This document shows, piece after piece, positions 7,732 through 17,958 of a DNA stretch of 58,865 bases (the first letter of the stretch is position 1; each line of letters starts with the position of its first letter). The stretch covers positions 1-58,865 of the forward strand of contig JBFWVI010000017.1 of assembly GCA_050246815.1 (NCBI GenBank), written 5' to 3'. Below the pieces are notes generated by a model. It was not told the origin of the DNA. It saw only the letters and a program-made list of their open reading frames with translations, and searched no databases. The translations under genes and the position numbers were made by a program. Origin of the DNA: Bdellovibrionales bacterium. GTDB taxonomy: Bacteria > Bdellovibrionota > Bdellovibrionia > Bdellovibrionales > UBA1609.

Positions 7732-10308
7732 ATGAACAATGACATCCCCTACGAAGGATTAAGTGAATCTCAAGCGACCCAGCGCCTGGCCGCGGTCGGG
7801 CACAATGAATTGCCCCATGCCAAAAAAGAAAATTTTTGGCTGCAGATTTCACGGTTGTTTAAAGAGCCCATGCTTTTGCTTTTGGTTGCAACTGGCGCCA
7901 TTTACCTGACCATGGGTGATCTTGGTGAAGGGCTAATGCTTGGCGCGTCAATCCTTGTCGTCATTGGAATCTCTTTTTACCAGGAGCGCAAATCCGAGAG
8001 GGCACTGGCGGCACTTCGAGAAATTTCAAGCCCCCGCGCCTTGGTGATCCGTGATCGGATTGAAAAAAGAATCCCTGCCAATCTGATCGTCCCCGGTGAT
8101 CTTGTGGTCCTGCACGAAGGCGACCGAGTCCCCGCCGATGGAAGCATCCTGCAGTCTTCAAATCTTAGCATTGATGAGTCCCTGATCACGGGAGAATCAT
8201 TCCCGGCCAAAAAAGCGGCCTTAATAAGTACAGACCGCGAAAAATCATTCGAAGAGCTGGACAATTCACTTAAAGTTTTCTCAAGCACGCTTGTGGTCAG
8301 CGGAACGGCCTTCGTGCGAGTCATAAAAACTGGCCTGCAAACGGAAGTCGGAAAAATTGGCAAAAGCCTTCAAGAAATTGAACCGGAGGAGCTGAACCTT
8401 TCAAAAGAGATTCGTCAGATTGTGCGACTATTTGCCTGGTCGGGAGGACTGATTTGCATCGCGATCGTGGTGCTTTATGGCCTGTCACACCAGCAATGGA
8501 CCGAGGCCTTTTTGATTGGCCTGGCAACACAAATGGCGCTTTTGCCAGAAGAGTTCCCAGTCGTCTTGACAATTTTTTTAGCAATGGGAGCCTGGCGTCT
8601 TTCGAAGATTCAAGTTTTGATTCGTCGCCCGGCTTCGGTCGAGCGATTGGGTGCGGTCACCGTATTGTGCGTCGACAAAACCGGCACTTTGACATTAAAT
8701 CAAATGACGGTCGCGGGGCTGAACAATGGCAAAACTTCGATCGCCATCGATGCCAACTCTGCACAAAACTTAGCCGAAGATTTCCACACCGTAGCGGAGT
8801 TTGGGGTCTTGGCCAGCCATCTGGATCCCTTTGACCCGATGGAAAAAGCCATTCGCCGAATGGTTTTGGAAGGGAACTGGGGCAAAGATCATCTGCATCA
8901 AGATTGGCAGTTGATTCGCGATTACCCGCTTTCGGACAAACTTCTGGCGATGTCCTGTGTTTGGAAAGCCCCCAATTTGGACTCTTATGTGATCGCCGCT
9001 AAGGGGGCTCCCGAAGCCATTGTCGATCTGTGCCACCTGGACCCCAGCCAAGCAAAAAATGTCTTCAAAGCGACACAAGAAATGGCTAATAGCGGCCTTA
9101 GAATCCTTGGCGTTGCAAAGGCCTCATTTTCGCAAAAGCAATTGCCCGCCAATCAACACGACTTTGAGTTTCAGTGGCTAGGCCTAATTGGGTTGGCAGA
9201 TCCTCTGCGTCCAGAGGTTCCAAAAGCCATTCAGCTGTGCCGCAACGCCGGCATCCGCGTGATCATGATGACCGGCGACTACCCTGAAACCGCGCTCAAA
9301 ATCGCAAGCCAAGCAGGTATCGAGACTTCAAATTCCCTGATCACGGGCTCTGAGCTTAAATCACAGTCAGACCACGAACTTATTGAGCGTTTAAAAAATG
9401 CGCATATTTTCGCGCGCATGGCGCCAGAACAAAAACTTCGTGTCGTGAAACTGCTCAAAAATATGGGTCATGTCGTCGCCATGACTGGCGACGGTGTCAA
9501 CGATGCCCCAAGTCTTAAATGGGCTGACATCGGCATCGCCATGGGGGCCCGGGGCACGGATGTGGCCCGCGAAGCCTCGGATATCGTGATTTTGGATGAC
9601 AACTTTGCATCAATTGTTGCGGGCGTGGAACGCGGGCGTATCATCTTTAGCAATATCAGAAAAGCCATGGGCTATATCGTGTCTATTCACGTGCCCATCG
9701 CCGGTCTTTCTATTTTGCCCATCATATTCGACTGGCCGCTGATCCTAATGCCCGTTCACATCGTCTTTTTGGAGTTGATTATCGACCCCGCGTGCTCGCT
9801 GCTTTTCGAATCGCAGGACGCCGAGGAAGGATCTATGGACTCACCGCCTCGACTTTTGAATTCGCGCCTATTTTCGGGGCGCGATCTGATTCGCAGCTTT
9901 TTACAAGGTTCCTTTGTTTTGGCTATCGTGATGGCCCTTCTTTGGTTCGATACGCAGATCAATCAAAGCGACCCGGATGGCGCGCGCACCCTGGCTTTCA
10001 TCGTTCTGGCGATGAGCAACATCGGCCTTATTTTTGCCGACATGAGTGGGGGTAACCTTGGGCAACTGCGACAGCTGTTATTAAAAACATCGAACAAAAT
10101 AATAGTTTTGGCGGTGGTGCTTGGCCTGTTCTTGCTGACCCAGTTCGCTCAAGTTCGTGCGCTATTCCGGTTTGGACAACTTGAAACGCTAAAATTCATC
10201 TGGGCCGTGGGCATTGCGTTTTTAGTCTTTGTCTCTATTAGTTTGTGGAATTGGCTGGCCAAAGAATGGGGCCAGCCGCGAGCGACCCCAAGGAATTTTT
10301 CAGTCTGA
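7732..10308 (+). CDS. Cation-transporting P-type ATPase (P2, Ca2+-like)
   Basis: TGES, PEEFP, DKTGT, KGAPE, TGDGVND. Confidence 0.93.
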   Translation: MNNDIPYEGLSESQATQRLAAVGHNELPHAKKENFWLQISRLFKEPMLLLLVATGAIYLTMGDLGEGLMLGASILVVIGISFYQERKSERALAALREISSPRALVIRDRIEKRIPANLIVPGDLVVLHEGDRVPADGSILQSSNLSIDESLITGESFPAKKAALISTDREKSFEELDNSLKVFSSTLVVSGTAFVRVIKTGLQTEVGKIGKSLQEIEPEELNLSKEIRQIVRLFAWSGGLICIAIVVLYGLSHQQWTEAFLIGLATQMALLPEEFPVVLTIFLAMGAWRLSKIQVLIRRPASVERLGAVTVLCVDKTGTLTLNQMTVAGLNNGKTSIAIDANSAQNLAEDFHTVAEFGVLASHLDPFDPMEKAIRRMVLEGNWGKDHLHQDWQLIRDYPLSDKLLAMSCVWKAPNLDSYVIAAKGAPEAIVDLCHLDPSQAKNVFKATQEMANSGLRILGVAKASFSQKQLPANQHDFEFQWLGLIGLADPLRPEVPKAIQLCRNAGIRVIMMTGDYPETALKIASQAGIETSNSLITGSELKSQSDHELIERLKNAHIFARMAPEQKLRVVKLLKNMGHVVAMTGDGVNDAPSLKWADIGIAMGARGTDVAREASDIVILDDNFASIVAGVERGRIIFSNIRKAMGYIVSIHVPIAGLSILPIIFDWPLILMPVHIVFLELIIDPACSLLFESQDAEEGSMDSPPRLLNSRLFSGRDLIRSFLQGSFVLAIVMALLWFDTQINQSDPDGARTLAFIVLAMSNIGLIFADMSGGNLGQLRQLLLKTSNKIIVLAVVLGLFLLTQFAQVRALFRFGQLETLKFIWAVGIAFLVFVSISLWNWLAKEWGQPRATPRNFSV

Positions 10309-10686
10309 TAGATTTTCAAGAATGGGACAATCCGGCCGCGCGTCACCATGACAAGCTCGGGCCAACTGCTTAAGCGTTTTAGACATGTCTTGAAGCTCAG
10401 CAATCTTTTGATCTAATTGTGCAACATGCTCAAGCGCCAAGGCCTTCACATCCGCGCTAGCCCTGGATCTGTTGCGCCAAAGACCTACAAGTTTTTTGAT
10501 TTCTTTCATGGTAAATCCCAGGCCACGCGCACGCCTGACAAAGGTCAAGATATGCACATCTGTCTGCGAATACACACGATATCCTGCCTCAGTTCGAGAC
10601 ACCTTTGGGATCACGCCGATGGATTCATAGTGCCGGATCAGCTTGGCATTAACGCCAGACGCTTCGGCGGCTTCGCCTATATTCAT
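10300..10686 (-). CDS. cueR: Cu(I)-responsive MerR regulator
   Basis: MNIGEAA HTH, C-terminal CHGDARPDCPIL; RBS GGAGAGG before ATG 10686. Confidence 0.92.
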   Translation of the reverse strand: MNIGEAAEASGVNAKLIRHYESIGVIPKVSRTEAGYRVYSQTDVHILTFVRRARGLGFTMKEIKKLVGLWRNRSRASADVKALALEHVAQLDQKIAELQDMSKTLKQLARACHGDARPDCPILENLSD

Positions 10687-10762
10687 TTTGACCTCTCCAG
10701 ATCTAATTAAAACAACACCGGAATAATTTATCACAACATTCTAATTAATTGGAATGTTTCTC

Positions 10763-10793
10763 TTGACCTTCCAACCATTGGAAGGCCGAAAGT
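10763..10793 (+). promoter_or_regulatory. CueR box in a MerR-type promoter
   Basis: TTGACC overlapping ACCTTCC-aaccatt-GGAAGG; the hexamer at 19-bp spacing is a weak GAAAGT. Confidence 0.85.
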
Positions 10794-10831
10794 ATGATCA
10801 AAGGCCATCACAAGCCTAGAAAGGTGGATCT

Positions 10832-11242
10832 ATGGATGAATTTAAATTACTTCTGGCAATAACCAGCCTCTTGATGGCGGTCAGCCAAGCCGGCGCTCAC
10901 GGGGAAGACCGACCAGGACCCAACGGAGGATTTATTCAAATGCCGGGTGCATTTCATACCGAAGTTGTGCCCTTAAAAAAGAATCAGGTGGCGGTTTACT
11001 TATTGGATATGAACTGGAAGGACCCGCGTGTGTCAAACTCGAGCGTCACCGCCGTCTATATGAGCGATCATAAGACCACACAAAAGGTCAACGGCGACTG
11101 CGCGCCCGCAGCCAATCACTTTGTGTGCAACTTTACCAACAAAGTCGATCTGACTAAGGCTGGAAAGCTTGTTCTTGAAACAAAGCGCAATGCCCAGCAA
11201 GGAAACCCCGCCATTTACAAACTGCCACTGAAACACGAGTGA
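10832..11242 (+). CDS. Exported putative copper-binding protein
   Basis: Signal peptide, AHGEDRPGPNGG...FHTEVV, Cys pair; first gene after the CueR box. Confidence 0.6.
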   Translation: MDEFKLLLAITSLLMAVSQAGAHGEDRPGPNGGFIQMPGAFHTEVVPLKKNQVAVYLLDMNWKDPRVSNSSVTAVYMSDHKTTQKVNGDCAPAANHFVCNFTNKVDLTKAGKLVLETKRNAQQGNPAIYKLPLKHE

Positions 11243-11272
11243 ACAATAAGAATTTTTAAATAAGAGGTCTCT

Positions 11273-13492
11273 ATGGAGCACAATCCAAGTCATCACAATC
11301 ACCACAACCACTCATCTTGCTGCGCGATCTCAAAACCACCTGCAGTTTTGACTCCCGTTAGCGAAGCTGACAAAGAGCGTCTTTACACCTGCCCGATGCA
11401 TCCCGAAATTCAGCAAAAGGGTCCTGGCAACTGCCCGATTTGCGGAATGGCCCTTGAACCAATGGAAATTTCATTCGAAGAAGAGGAAAACCCCGAACTT
11501 ATTGATTTCACAAAGCGCTTAAAAGTCAGTGCGGTGCTGACGATTCCCCTTGTGCTGCTTTCAATGTCCGAAATGATACCCGGTCATCCTGTTCAAACCG
11601 CACTGCCGAACTGGCTGAATGCAGCGATTCAATTGATCCTGGCAACACCCGTCGTACTTTGGGCAGGATTGCCGTTCTTTGAAAGAGGCTGGGCCTCTGT
11701 AAAGAGTCGCAATTTCAACATGTTCACCTTAATTGCCATTGGAACTGGTTCGGCTTACCTCTTCAGTCTGATCGCCACGTTTTTTCCTGAAATTTTTCCG
11801 CAAAATCTAATCGGTCACAGCGGCATGGTGCCACTTTATTATGAAGCCGCCGCCGTTATTACGGCGTTGGTTCTTTTGGGGCAGGTGTTGGAACTTCGCG
11901 CAAGAAGTCAGACCGGCAGCGCAATCCGAAGCCTCTTGGGTTTAGCCGCAAAAACGGCAAGGCGAGTTCAATCCGATGGGACCGAACTGGATGTGCCTGT
12001 CGAACACATCCACGTCGGCGATTTTTTACGTGTCCGACCTGGCGAAAAAGTTCCGGTTGACGGCGAAATCACCGAAGGTCGAAGCGTCATTGATGAGTCC
12101 ATGATCTCTGGGGAGCCCATCCCGCTTGAAAAGGAAATCGGTGATCGTGTCACGGGAGCCACGGTCAACGGAACCGGCTCCTTCATAATGCGGGCGACAA
12201 AAGTGGGCTCAGAGACACTTTTATCGCAAATCGTGAAAATGGTTTCTCAAGCACAGAGAAGTCGTGCCCCGATTCAAAAGCTGGCGGACAAAGTTTCATC
12301 TTATTTTGTTCCGGCCGTTATTGTGATCTCGATTGTGACCGCACTGGCTTGGTACTTTGTTGGGCCCGAACCCAAGTTGACACACGCTTTTATCAATGCG
12401 GTGGCCGTCTTGATTATCGCCTGCCCGTGCGCCTTAGGGCTTGCGACTCCGATGTCGATCATGGTCAGCGCAGGCAAGGGAGCTTCGATTGGTGTTTTAA
12501 TTAAAAATGCCGAAGCCCTTGAGCGATTGGAAAAAATTGACACTCTGGTGGTCGACAAAACTGGCACTCTGACGCTGGGAAAGCCCCGGCTTTCAAAAGT
12601 TCATACTTTAGGCACGATAAAAGACGATGAACTGCTGACTTTTGTCGCCTCGTTAGAGCGCGCCAGCGAACACCCGCTAGCCGAAGCCATCGTCGAGGGT
12701 GCAAGAGAGAAAGGATTGTCACTTGCCGAAAGCCAAAGCTTCAACTCTGTGACAGGGATGGGCATTGAGGGAACTGTGAACGGAAAAAAAATTCTCGCTG
12801 GTAACAAACGTCTTTTGGATAAGCACGGGATCAATTCAGCCCAACTCTCAATAGCGTCGCAAGCCCTACAAGCCGATGGTCATGGCACGCTTTTGGTCGC
12901 GATCGACGGCAAACCGGCAGGCCTTATTGCTGTTCGGGACCCAATAAAGGAAAATGCAAAAACCGCCATTGATTATTTTCGCTCTAAAAATATTGAAGTC
13001 ATAATGCTCACGGGTGACGGGCGCGCCACCGCAGAGGTTGTCGCAAAAGAAGTTGGTATTCACCAAGTCGAAGCCGAGGTTCTGCCCGAGCAAAAAAACC
13101 AGGTGATCAAACAGCTTCAAGCGAAAGGAAAAAAAGTCGCAATGGCCGGAGACGGCATTAACGACGCCCCCGCATTGGCCCAAGCCGAGGTGGGTATTGC
13201 CATGGGCACAGGCACGGACGTGGCCATAGAAAGCGCCGGTATAACACTCGTCAAAGGAGATTTGACGGGCGTGGTCCGCGCCCACTTGCTGAGCAAAAAA
13301 ACCATGGGCAATATAAGGCAAAATCTATGGTTTGCATTTGGCTACAATGCCCTGGGGGTACCGATAGCAGCTGGTGTTTTGTATCCAGTCTTCGGGCTTC
13401 TTTTAAGCCCCATGATCGCAAGCCTGGCCATGAGCTTGAGCTCTGTTTCGGTTATCGCCAATTCACTTCGGCTACGAAAGACCAAACTTTAA
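11273..13492 (+). CDS. copA: Cu(I)-translocating P1B ATPase
   Basis: His-rich N-terminus, YTCPMHP..CPICGM, CPC, DKTGT, SEHP, YN and MxxSS. Confidence 0.93.
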   Translation: MEHNPSHHNHHNHSSCCAISKPPAVLTPVSEADKERLYTCPMHPEIQQKGPGNCPICGMALEPMEISFEEEENPELIDFTKRLKVSAVLTIPLVLLSMSEMIPGHPVQTALPNWLNAAIQLILATPVVLWAGLPFFERGWASVKSRNFNMFTLIAIGTGSAYLFSLIATFFPEIFPQNLIGHSGMVPLYYEAAAVITALVLLGQVLELRARSQTGSAIRSLLGLAAKTARRVQSDGTELDVPVEHIHVGDFLRVRPGEKVPVDGEITEGRSVIDESMISGEPIPLEKEIGDRVTGATVNGTGSFIMRATKVGSETLLSQIVKMVSQAQRSRAPIQKLADKVSSYFVPAVIVISIVTALAWYFVGPEPKLTHAFINAVAVLIIACPCALGLATPMSIMVSAGKGASIGVLIKNAEALERLEKIDTLVVDKTGTLTLGKPRLSKVHTLGTIKDDELLTFVASLERASEHPLAEAIVEGAREKGLSLAESQSFNSVTGMGIEGTVNGKKILAGNKRLLDKHGINSAQLSIASQALQADGHGTLLVAIDGKPAGLIAVRDPIKENAKTAIDYFRSKNIEVIMLTGDGRATAEVVAKEVGIHQVEAEVLPEQKNQVIKQLQAKGKKVAMAGDGINDAPALAQAEVGIAMGTGTDVAIESAGITLVKGDLTGVVRAHLLSKKTMGNIRQNLWFAFGYNALGVPIAAGVLYPVFGLLLSPMIASLAMSLSSVSVIANSLRLRKTKL

Positions 13493-14058
13493 ACCGCACT
13501 CTCAGTCAGGCGGGCCCAGACCTCATCATCTGGGCCCTGACTTAGTTGTAAAATAAAGTCCAAACCATGATGAGCGGTTTGGATCATGTCACCCACGAGC
13601 TGCATCCGCTCAGGATCAAGCTTGGAATTGGTTTGCTGGGCAGACACCTCACACAGATCTGCCATGCGCTTTTGCGCCGTTTCAATCAAACGCTGTTCAC
13701 GATTTTTCAACACCTCTCGAATCACCGCCACAACCTCAGGATTGGCGACATAACGTCGGGTTTTACCGTCCCCGCCCCGTGGCCGGACAAGCTTGTAAGA
13801 CTCAAGCTCAGCAAGTGCTGGACTGACCAGGGCCTTTGAAACCTTCAAGACGCGCGTCAAATCCGCGCCACTCATCGCGGCACGGCCTAAAAAAAGTACC
13901 GCCCAAATTTGTCCATGAATGCGGCGAAACCCCCAATGGCGGATGAAGTCACCAACCGCGATAGCAAATCGCCTCAATGCCGCCTCTTCTGAGGGAGAAC
14001 GTTTCATTTTGGACTTTAAATTGACGTTGTTTTTCAGCATTTGACCCACAACCCTCAT
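13489..14058 (-). CDS. GbsR/MarR-family regulator
   Basis: [16 protein letters not shown], winged [16 protein letters not shown]; start may be 14040 or 14007. Confidence 0.8.
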   Translation of the reverse strand: MRVVGQMLKNNVNLKSKMKRSPSEEAALRRFAIAVGDFIRHWGFRRIHGQIWAVLFLGRAAMSGADLTRVLKVSKALVSPALAELESYKLVRPRGGDGKTRRYVANPEVVAVIREVLKNREQRLIETAQKRMADLCEVSAQQTNSKLDPERMQLVGDMIQTAHHGLDFILQLSQGPDDEVWARLTESAV

Positions 14059-14063
14059 TTTTC

Positions 14064-14097
14064 TTGCGAAATTCGACTGTTCATACTACCATGAACA
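14064..14097 (+). promoter_or_regulatory. sigma70 promoter with overlapping inverted-repeat operator
   Basis: TTGCGA-17-TACCAT; TGTTCAT-N6-ATGAACA at 14078-14097. Confidence 0.6.
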
Positions 14098-14099
14098 AT

Positions 14100-14531
14100 A
14101 TGAAAAACCTCAAAAAAAAGCACGATTCAGTTCTTTCAGTTTACTACGACGGATTGTGCCAGATCTGTTCACGTGAAATTGACCATTACCGCAAAATCGA
14201 AGGTGCAAACGAAATCCGCTTTGTGGACATCACAGATGAAAAATTTAATCCCTCGGCCGAGGGACTGAACGCCAAAGCCGTACACAAAATGATGCATGTC
14301 AAACTGGCCGATGGCACGATTCTGACCGCCGTGGATGCTTTTCGTGAAATTTGGAAAGTTCTGCCCGCTTACAGACAGCTCTACAAAATCACCGGCCTGA
14401 GCATTTTGCGCCCCCTGCTGGATTTGGGTTATCACACATTTGCCCGTCTGCGCCCCTGGCTGCCCAAGCGCTCAAGCAACTGCGAAAGCAGCCCATACTA
14501 CGAAATAGGTAAAAAACCGGGGTTAATGTGA
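14100..14531 (+). CDS. DCC1-like thiol-disulfide oxidoreductase (DUF393)
   Basis: YYDGLCQICSREI (DxxCxxC). Confidence 0.85.
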   Translation: MKNLKKKHDSVLSVYYDGLCQICSREIDHYRKIEGANEIRFVDITDEKFNPSAEGLNAKAVHKMMHVKLADGTILTAVDAFREIWKVLPAYRQLYKITGLSILRPLLDLGYHTFARLRPWLPKRSSNCESSPYYEIGKKPGLM

Positions 14532-15241
14532 AAAGCTCGCTATTTTGGATGTTGATGACTTGTCTTGCACCCACGGCTTTCGCGAACCCTGCACAGGTGC
14601 AACAAACCTACTTCGGAGTTGCCCGTGATGGCCAGGGGCAGATCACCTACCAAGAGCGCCACAAAGCCGCTTTTCTAGGTAATAAGGTGCAAAAAGCACG
14701 CACTGAGTATCTGAACAAAGATGGCCAAGTGATCGGCGAGCTTGAATCTGACTTCAGACAAAGCCTGAACGTGCCCAATTACCACTTCAACGATTTGCGC
14801 GACGGCTCTTCACACGGGATTACGCTTGAAGGCGACAATTACGTCGTTTGGCGCAAGATGAAAAACAAAGACAAGGAGCAAAAAGTCTTCGCCAAATCCA
14901 AATTTAGCCCCGACACACTGGTTGTGGGTTGCCAAGGGCTGCACTACGACTTAGCCAATCGGCTGCAAGACCTCAATGACAAAAAGAAGATTCCCATCAA
15001 GTACCTGATTCCCGGCAAACTAGATTACTACAGCTTCACGATGACCAAACAGGGTGAAGACCAAGACCATATTTATCTAAAAATTTCGATCGACAGCATT
15101 TTTCTGAAAATTTTCACCTCGGCGCTGGAGCTAAAGTACCGCAAATCAGACCTCAAACTGCTGCAGTATTCAGGCCTTTCAAATATTCCCAGTGATTCGG
15201 GCGACACGCAAAACGTCAAAATCGATTATGCCTACAGGTAA
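14528..15241 (+). CDS. Exported hypothetical protein
   Basis: Signal peptide ...TAFA, beta-rich; 4-bp overlap with the DCC gene. Confidence 0.7.
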   Translation: MKSSLFWMLMTCLAPTAFANPAQVQQTYFGVARDGQGQITYQERHKAAFLGNKVQKARTEYLNKDGQVIGELESDFRQSLNVPNYHFNDLRDGSSHGITLEGDNYVVWRKMKNKDKEQKVFAKSKFSPDTLVVGCQGLHYDLANRLQDLNDKKKIPIKYLIPGKLDYYSFTMTKQGEDQDHIYLKISIDSIFLKIFTSALELKYRKSDLKLLQYSGLSNIPSDSGDTQNVKIDYAYR

Positions 15242-15268
15242 GCTCTGAAAATGAATTCGTTTTTCAGG

Positions 15269-16099
15269 CTATTTTTTTAAAGCCTTTTTGGCGATCGACA
15301 AATTGTGGCGGGCGACCGTGGAGTCAGGATGAACTTTAATCGCCTGCTGCAAGTGCAGGACTGCGCGGCTAAAGTCTTTTTTATTGTAGGCCAAATTACC
15401 TAAACCGATCAATGCAGCCAAACTGGTCGGCCAGCGCTTTAAAATGTTTTGATACGCGACTTCCGCGGCATCAGTGTGCCCCGCCTGCTCAAGCCCCACG
15501 GCCGCCTTTAGATGTGCCAACTCATCGCCTGTGGCCGCAGTCATCGACACCGGCAAGACCACAAGCCCCCAGTAATCGGCCATCTTCCAGCCACGTTCGA
15601 AGTAGTTCAGACTTATACGCTTAAAGGGAGTCTCACCGGAATGCAGGATCACCTCTTGCTCATTCAGGTCATAGCCAATCACCAGGGAGTAATGCCATTG
15701 CGGATACCAACTTAAGCCCAAGTTTTCAAACACGATCACGGGGTGACCCGCCGCCACTTCTTTGAGCAGGCTGACCAAACCCTCAAGCGGGACCGCCACC
15801 AGACCACGGCGTCGGCTGGCGCTGATCATGTCGGTTTGAAGGGTTCCCTTCTTTTTGTCGATAAAAACTTCGGAACCAATTTCGTCCAAGGTAACCTTGT
15901 GCCCCGCCCACTGCATCGCCATAGTCAAAGTCGAAGGACCGCAGAAGGCTTCGGTCTGCCTCACAAAAGGAACGTTTTCGATCTGACTAGATTTTGCAAT
16001 ATCAGGGGGAGACTTGAGCACGGCCCGAGTTTGGACACCCGCCGTCGCGCAGGCGACCAAAAAGGCTGGCATCATCAAAACCAGGGCAGAACGAAGCAT
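15269..16099 (-). CDS. PA2778-family C39-like cysteine peptidase lipoprotein with TPR
   Basis: Lipobox LVAC, VPF.RQ...CGP, WHYSLVIGYD, C-terminal TPR. Confidence 0.85.
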   Translation of the reverse strand: MLRSALVLMMPAFLVACATAGVQTRAVLKSPPDIAKSSQIENVPFVRQTEAFCGPSTLTMAMQWAGHKVTLDEIGSEVFIDKKKGTLQTDMISASRRRGLVAVPLEGLVSLLKEVAAGHPVIVFENLGLSWYPQWHYSLVIGYDLNEQEVILHSGETPFKRISLNYFERGWKMADYWGLVVLPVSMTAATGDELAHLKAAVGLEQAGHTDAAEVAYQNILKRWPTSLAALIGLGNLAYNKKDFSRAVLHLQQAIKVHPDSTVARHNLSIAKKALKK

Positions 16100-16471
16100 C
16101 TAAATGCGCTTAGCAAGATATAGGATCAACAAAACTAAAACTACGATCAGCAAAATCCCAACTACGCCATCACCGCCGTAGCGCGCTTGATCGATTTGTT
16201 GGGCCATCTGTTTCATTTCGGCGTCACTTAGCGTGGCCAGTCGTTTTGAAATTTCGTCCTGGCTTAGACCCATGGCCGCCAATTTATTTTGAACTTCTTG
16301 GTCGCTCAAAATCTGTTCGATTTTTTGCTGGGTTTGCGCCCGACTCATCTCTTCAACAACAATCGCCGTTGAAATCATTTGGTCCGGATTGGAGGCCAGG
16401 GTTTCGGCGGCCACGATATGGGGAATGTTTGAAATCATCGCCGCCATCAACAAACAAATACAAAACTTCAT
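16100..16471 (-). CDS. PA2779-family protein
   Basis: MISTAIVV...RLATLSDAEM...GG plus C-terminal TM; adjacent to the PA2778-like gene. Confidence 0.8.
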   Translation of the reverse strand: MKFCICLLMAAMISNIPHIVAAETLASNPDQMISTAIVVEEMSRAQTQQKIEQILSDQEVQNKLAAMGLSQDEISKRLATLSDAEMKQMAQQIDQARYGGDGVVGILLIVVLVLLILYLAKRI

Positions 16472-16598
16472 AAAAGTCCCCCTGTGGCCTTTTATGATGC
16501 GGCTATTTCCATTCGCGGGCAATATTTTATGTTGTTTAAAATTGGCCCCCGCACCAACTGGCCTTACGACCAAATGCGGCCTGCTACTAATCAAGGGC

Positions 16599-17252
16599 TT
16601 AAGACCTTATCAAACTTCTAGAAAACCAATACGAAGCCACCGCACCCACAAACTGGGCCATCACAAAACTTGGCACGCCGGTCCACAATAGACCTGAAAA
16701 TGTATCCGTCAGGCTTCGCGCAATCGTGACTACGGGGTTTGCAAAAGATGTGGACGAAGTGCACCAATAGGCCGCCGTGATATAAAGCGCCACGGCTAAA
16801 GGCACAGATTCTCTACTCCTTTGACCCGCGAGTAAAATAACAAGAAGTAGACCGAATGTCGCGACGGCTTCTGAAATCAAAAAACGCATCTGCCCGCGAT
16901 CATGGGTGGACAATTGAAAAAGATCCTTCCCAAACATCAGGTGCGTCAGCAAAACGCCGACCCACGCGCCAAAGAGTTGAGCCAGGCCATAGGCAAAAAA
17001 ATCCCGTGAGGTCACCCTCTTGCTTCGCCATTCAACAAAAGTGACAATCGGATTGAAGTGGGCACCGGAAATCGGCTGAAAAATATGAATCAGCACGAAC
17101 AATCCCGCACCCGTTGCCATCGAATTCGCCAAAAGAGCGACCGCCCCATTTTCGGGCGAAAGTGATTCGCCCATAATACCCGATCCCACAATCACCATCA
17201 GCAGGCCTGCACTACCGATAAATTCGGCAATGTACTTCGGTGGTAAAATCAT
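16599..17252 (-). CDS. MIP/aquaporin, AqpS-like arsenite channel
   Basis: SGAHFNP and TSSTSFANP; overlaps arsC by 4 bp. Confidence 0.85.
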   Translation of the reverse strand: MILPPKYIAEFIGSAGLLMVIVGSGIMGESLSPENGAVALLANSMATGAGLFVLIHIFQPISGAHFNPIVTFVEWRSKRVTSRDFFAYGLAQLFGAWVGVLLTHLMFGKDLFQLSTHDRGQMRFLISEAVATFGLLLVILLAGQRSRESVPLAVALYITAAYWCTSSTSFANPVVTIARSLTDTFSGLLWTGVPSFVMAQFVGAVASYWFSRSLIRS

Positions 17253-17665
17253 GATTCCAGTTCTCGCTTGAATTCCATTAGACGCGCCTGAATTTCATCA
17301 CGTGTTTGACGAAATCTTTGTAAAGATTCTTCCTCTGAAATCGACTGCTGAGTTGCCGGGTCGGTGAATGGCCAATGATGCTTTTGCGCTTTCGAAATCA
17401 AGGTGGGGCACACCTCTTCGGCACACAACGTGATCACATGGTCCAATTGCACCAAAAACTGTGGCGAAAGATCATCATAGGATTTTGAATAGTGCCGCGA
17501 GATATCGATGCCGATTTCGGCCATCACTTGGACGGCGAATGGATTTAATTTTCCAGGATGAGAGCCCGCGCTTTTAATCTGAGCTTCCGGGAACATCTGT
17601 CTGGCCAAACCTTCTGCCAACTGACTGCGAGCTGAATTGGCCACGCACATAAACAAAATATTCAC
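17249..17665 (-). CDS. arsC: Arsenate reductase (thioredoxin-coupled, LMWP fold)
   Basis: CVANSARSQLAE, TLCAEEVCP, HWPFTDP. Confidence 0.88.
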   Translation of the reverse strand: MNILFMCVANSARSQLAEGLARQMFPEAQIKSAGSHPGKLNPFAVQVMAEIGIDISRHYSKSYDDLSPQFLVQLDHVITLCAEEVCPTLISKAQKHHWPFTDPATQQSISEEESLQRFRQTRDEIQARLMEFKRELES

Positions 17666-17683
17666 CCTGAACCCTCAGTTTTA

Positions 17684-17706
17684 ATCATATTGATACGATA
17701 TATGAT
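17684..17706. promoter_or_regulatory. Inverted repeat upstream of arsC, putative ArsR-type operator
   Basis: ATCATAT-N9-ATATGAT. Confidence 0.45.
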
Positions 17707-17958
17707 GTGACCGTGGCACTAGCAAGGCGCGAAGAATTTCCTCAACAAGATCTGACATTGGCGCAATCCGCCGGAATGTCCTGGAACGGCACCAGAGGGA
17801 ACTCAATCGCTGGTCTGAAAAAAAATGAAAAAGCCGCGACAGAACTACTGTTGTTGAGGCTTTTGCCGGGGCAAAATTTCTGCTTCTTGAAGACCGATTG
17901 ACGCCATGCAATAATTAGTGCTAAGCCCTGCGCTTCAATCCTTTGGGAGCGGCTAAAG

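Noticed and set aside
17707..17911. Short ORFs between arsC and the P450 as a possible arsR
   Set aside because: No HTH or ArsR motif and no RBS.
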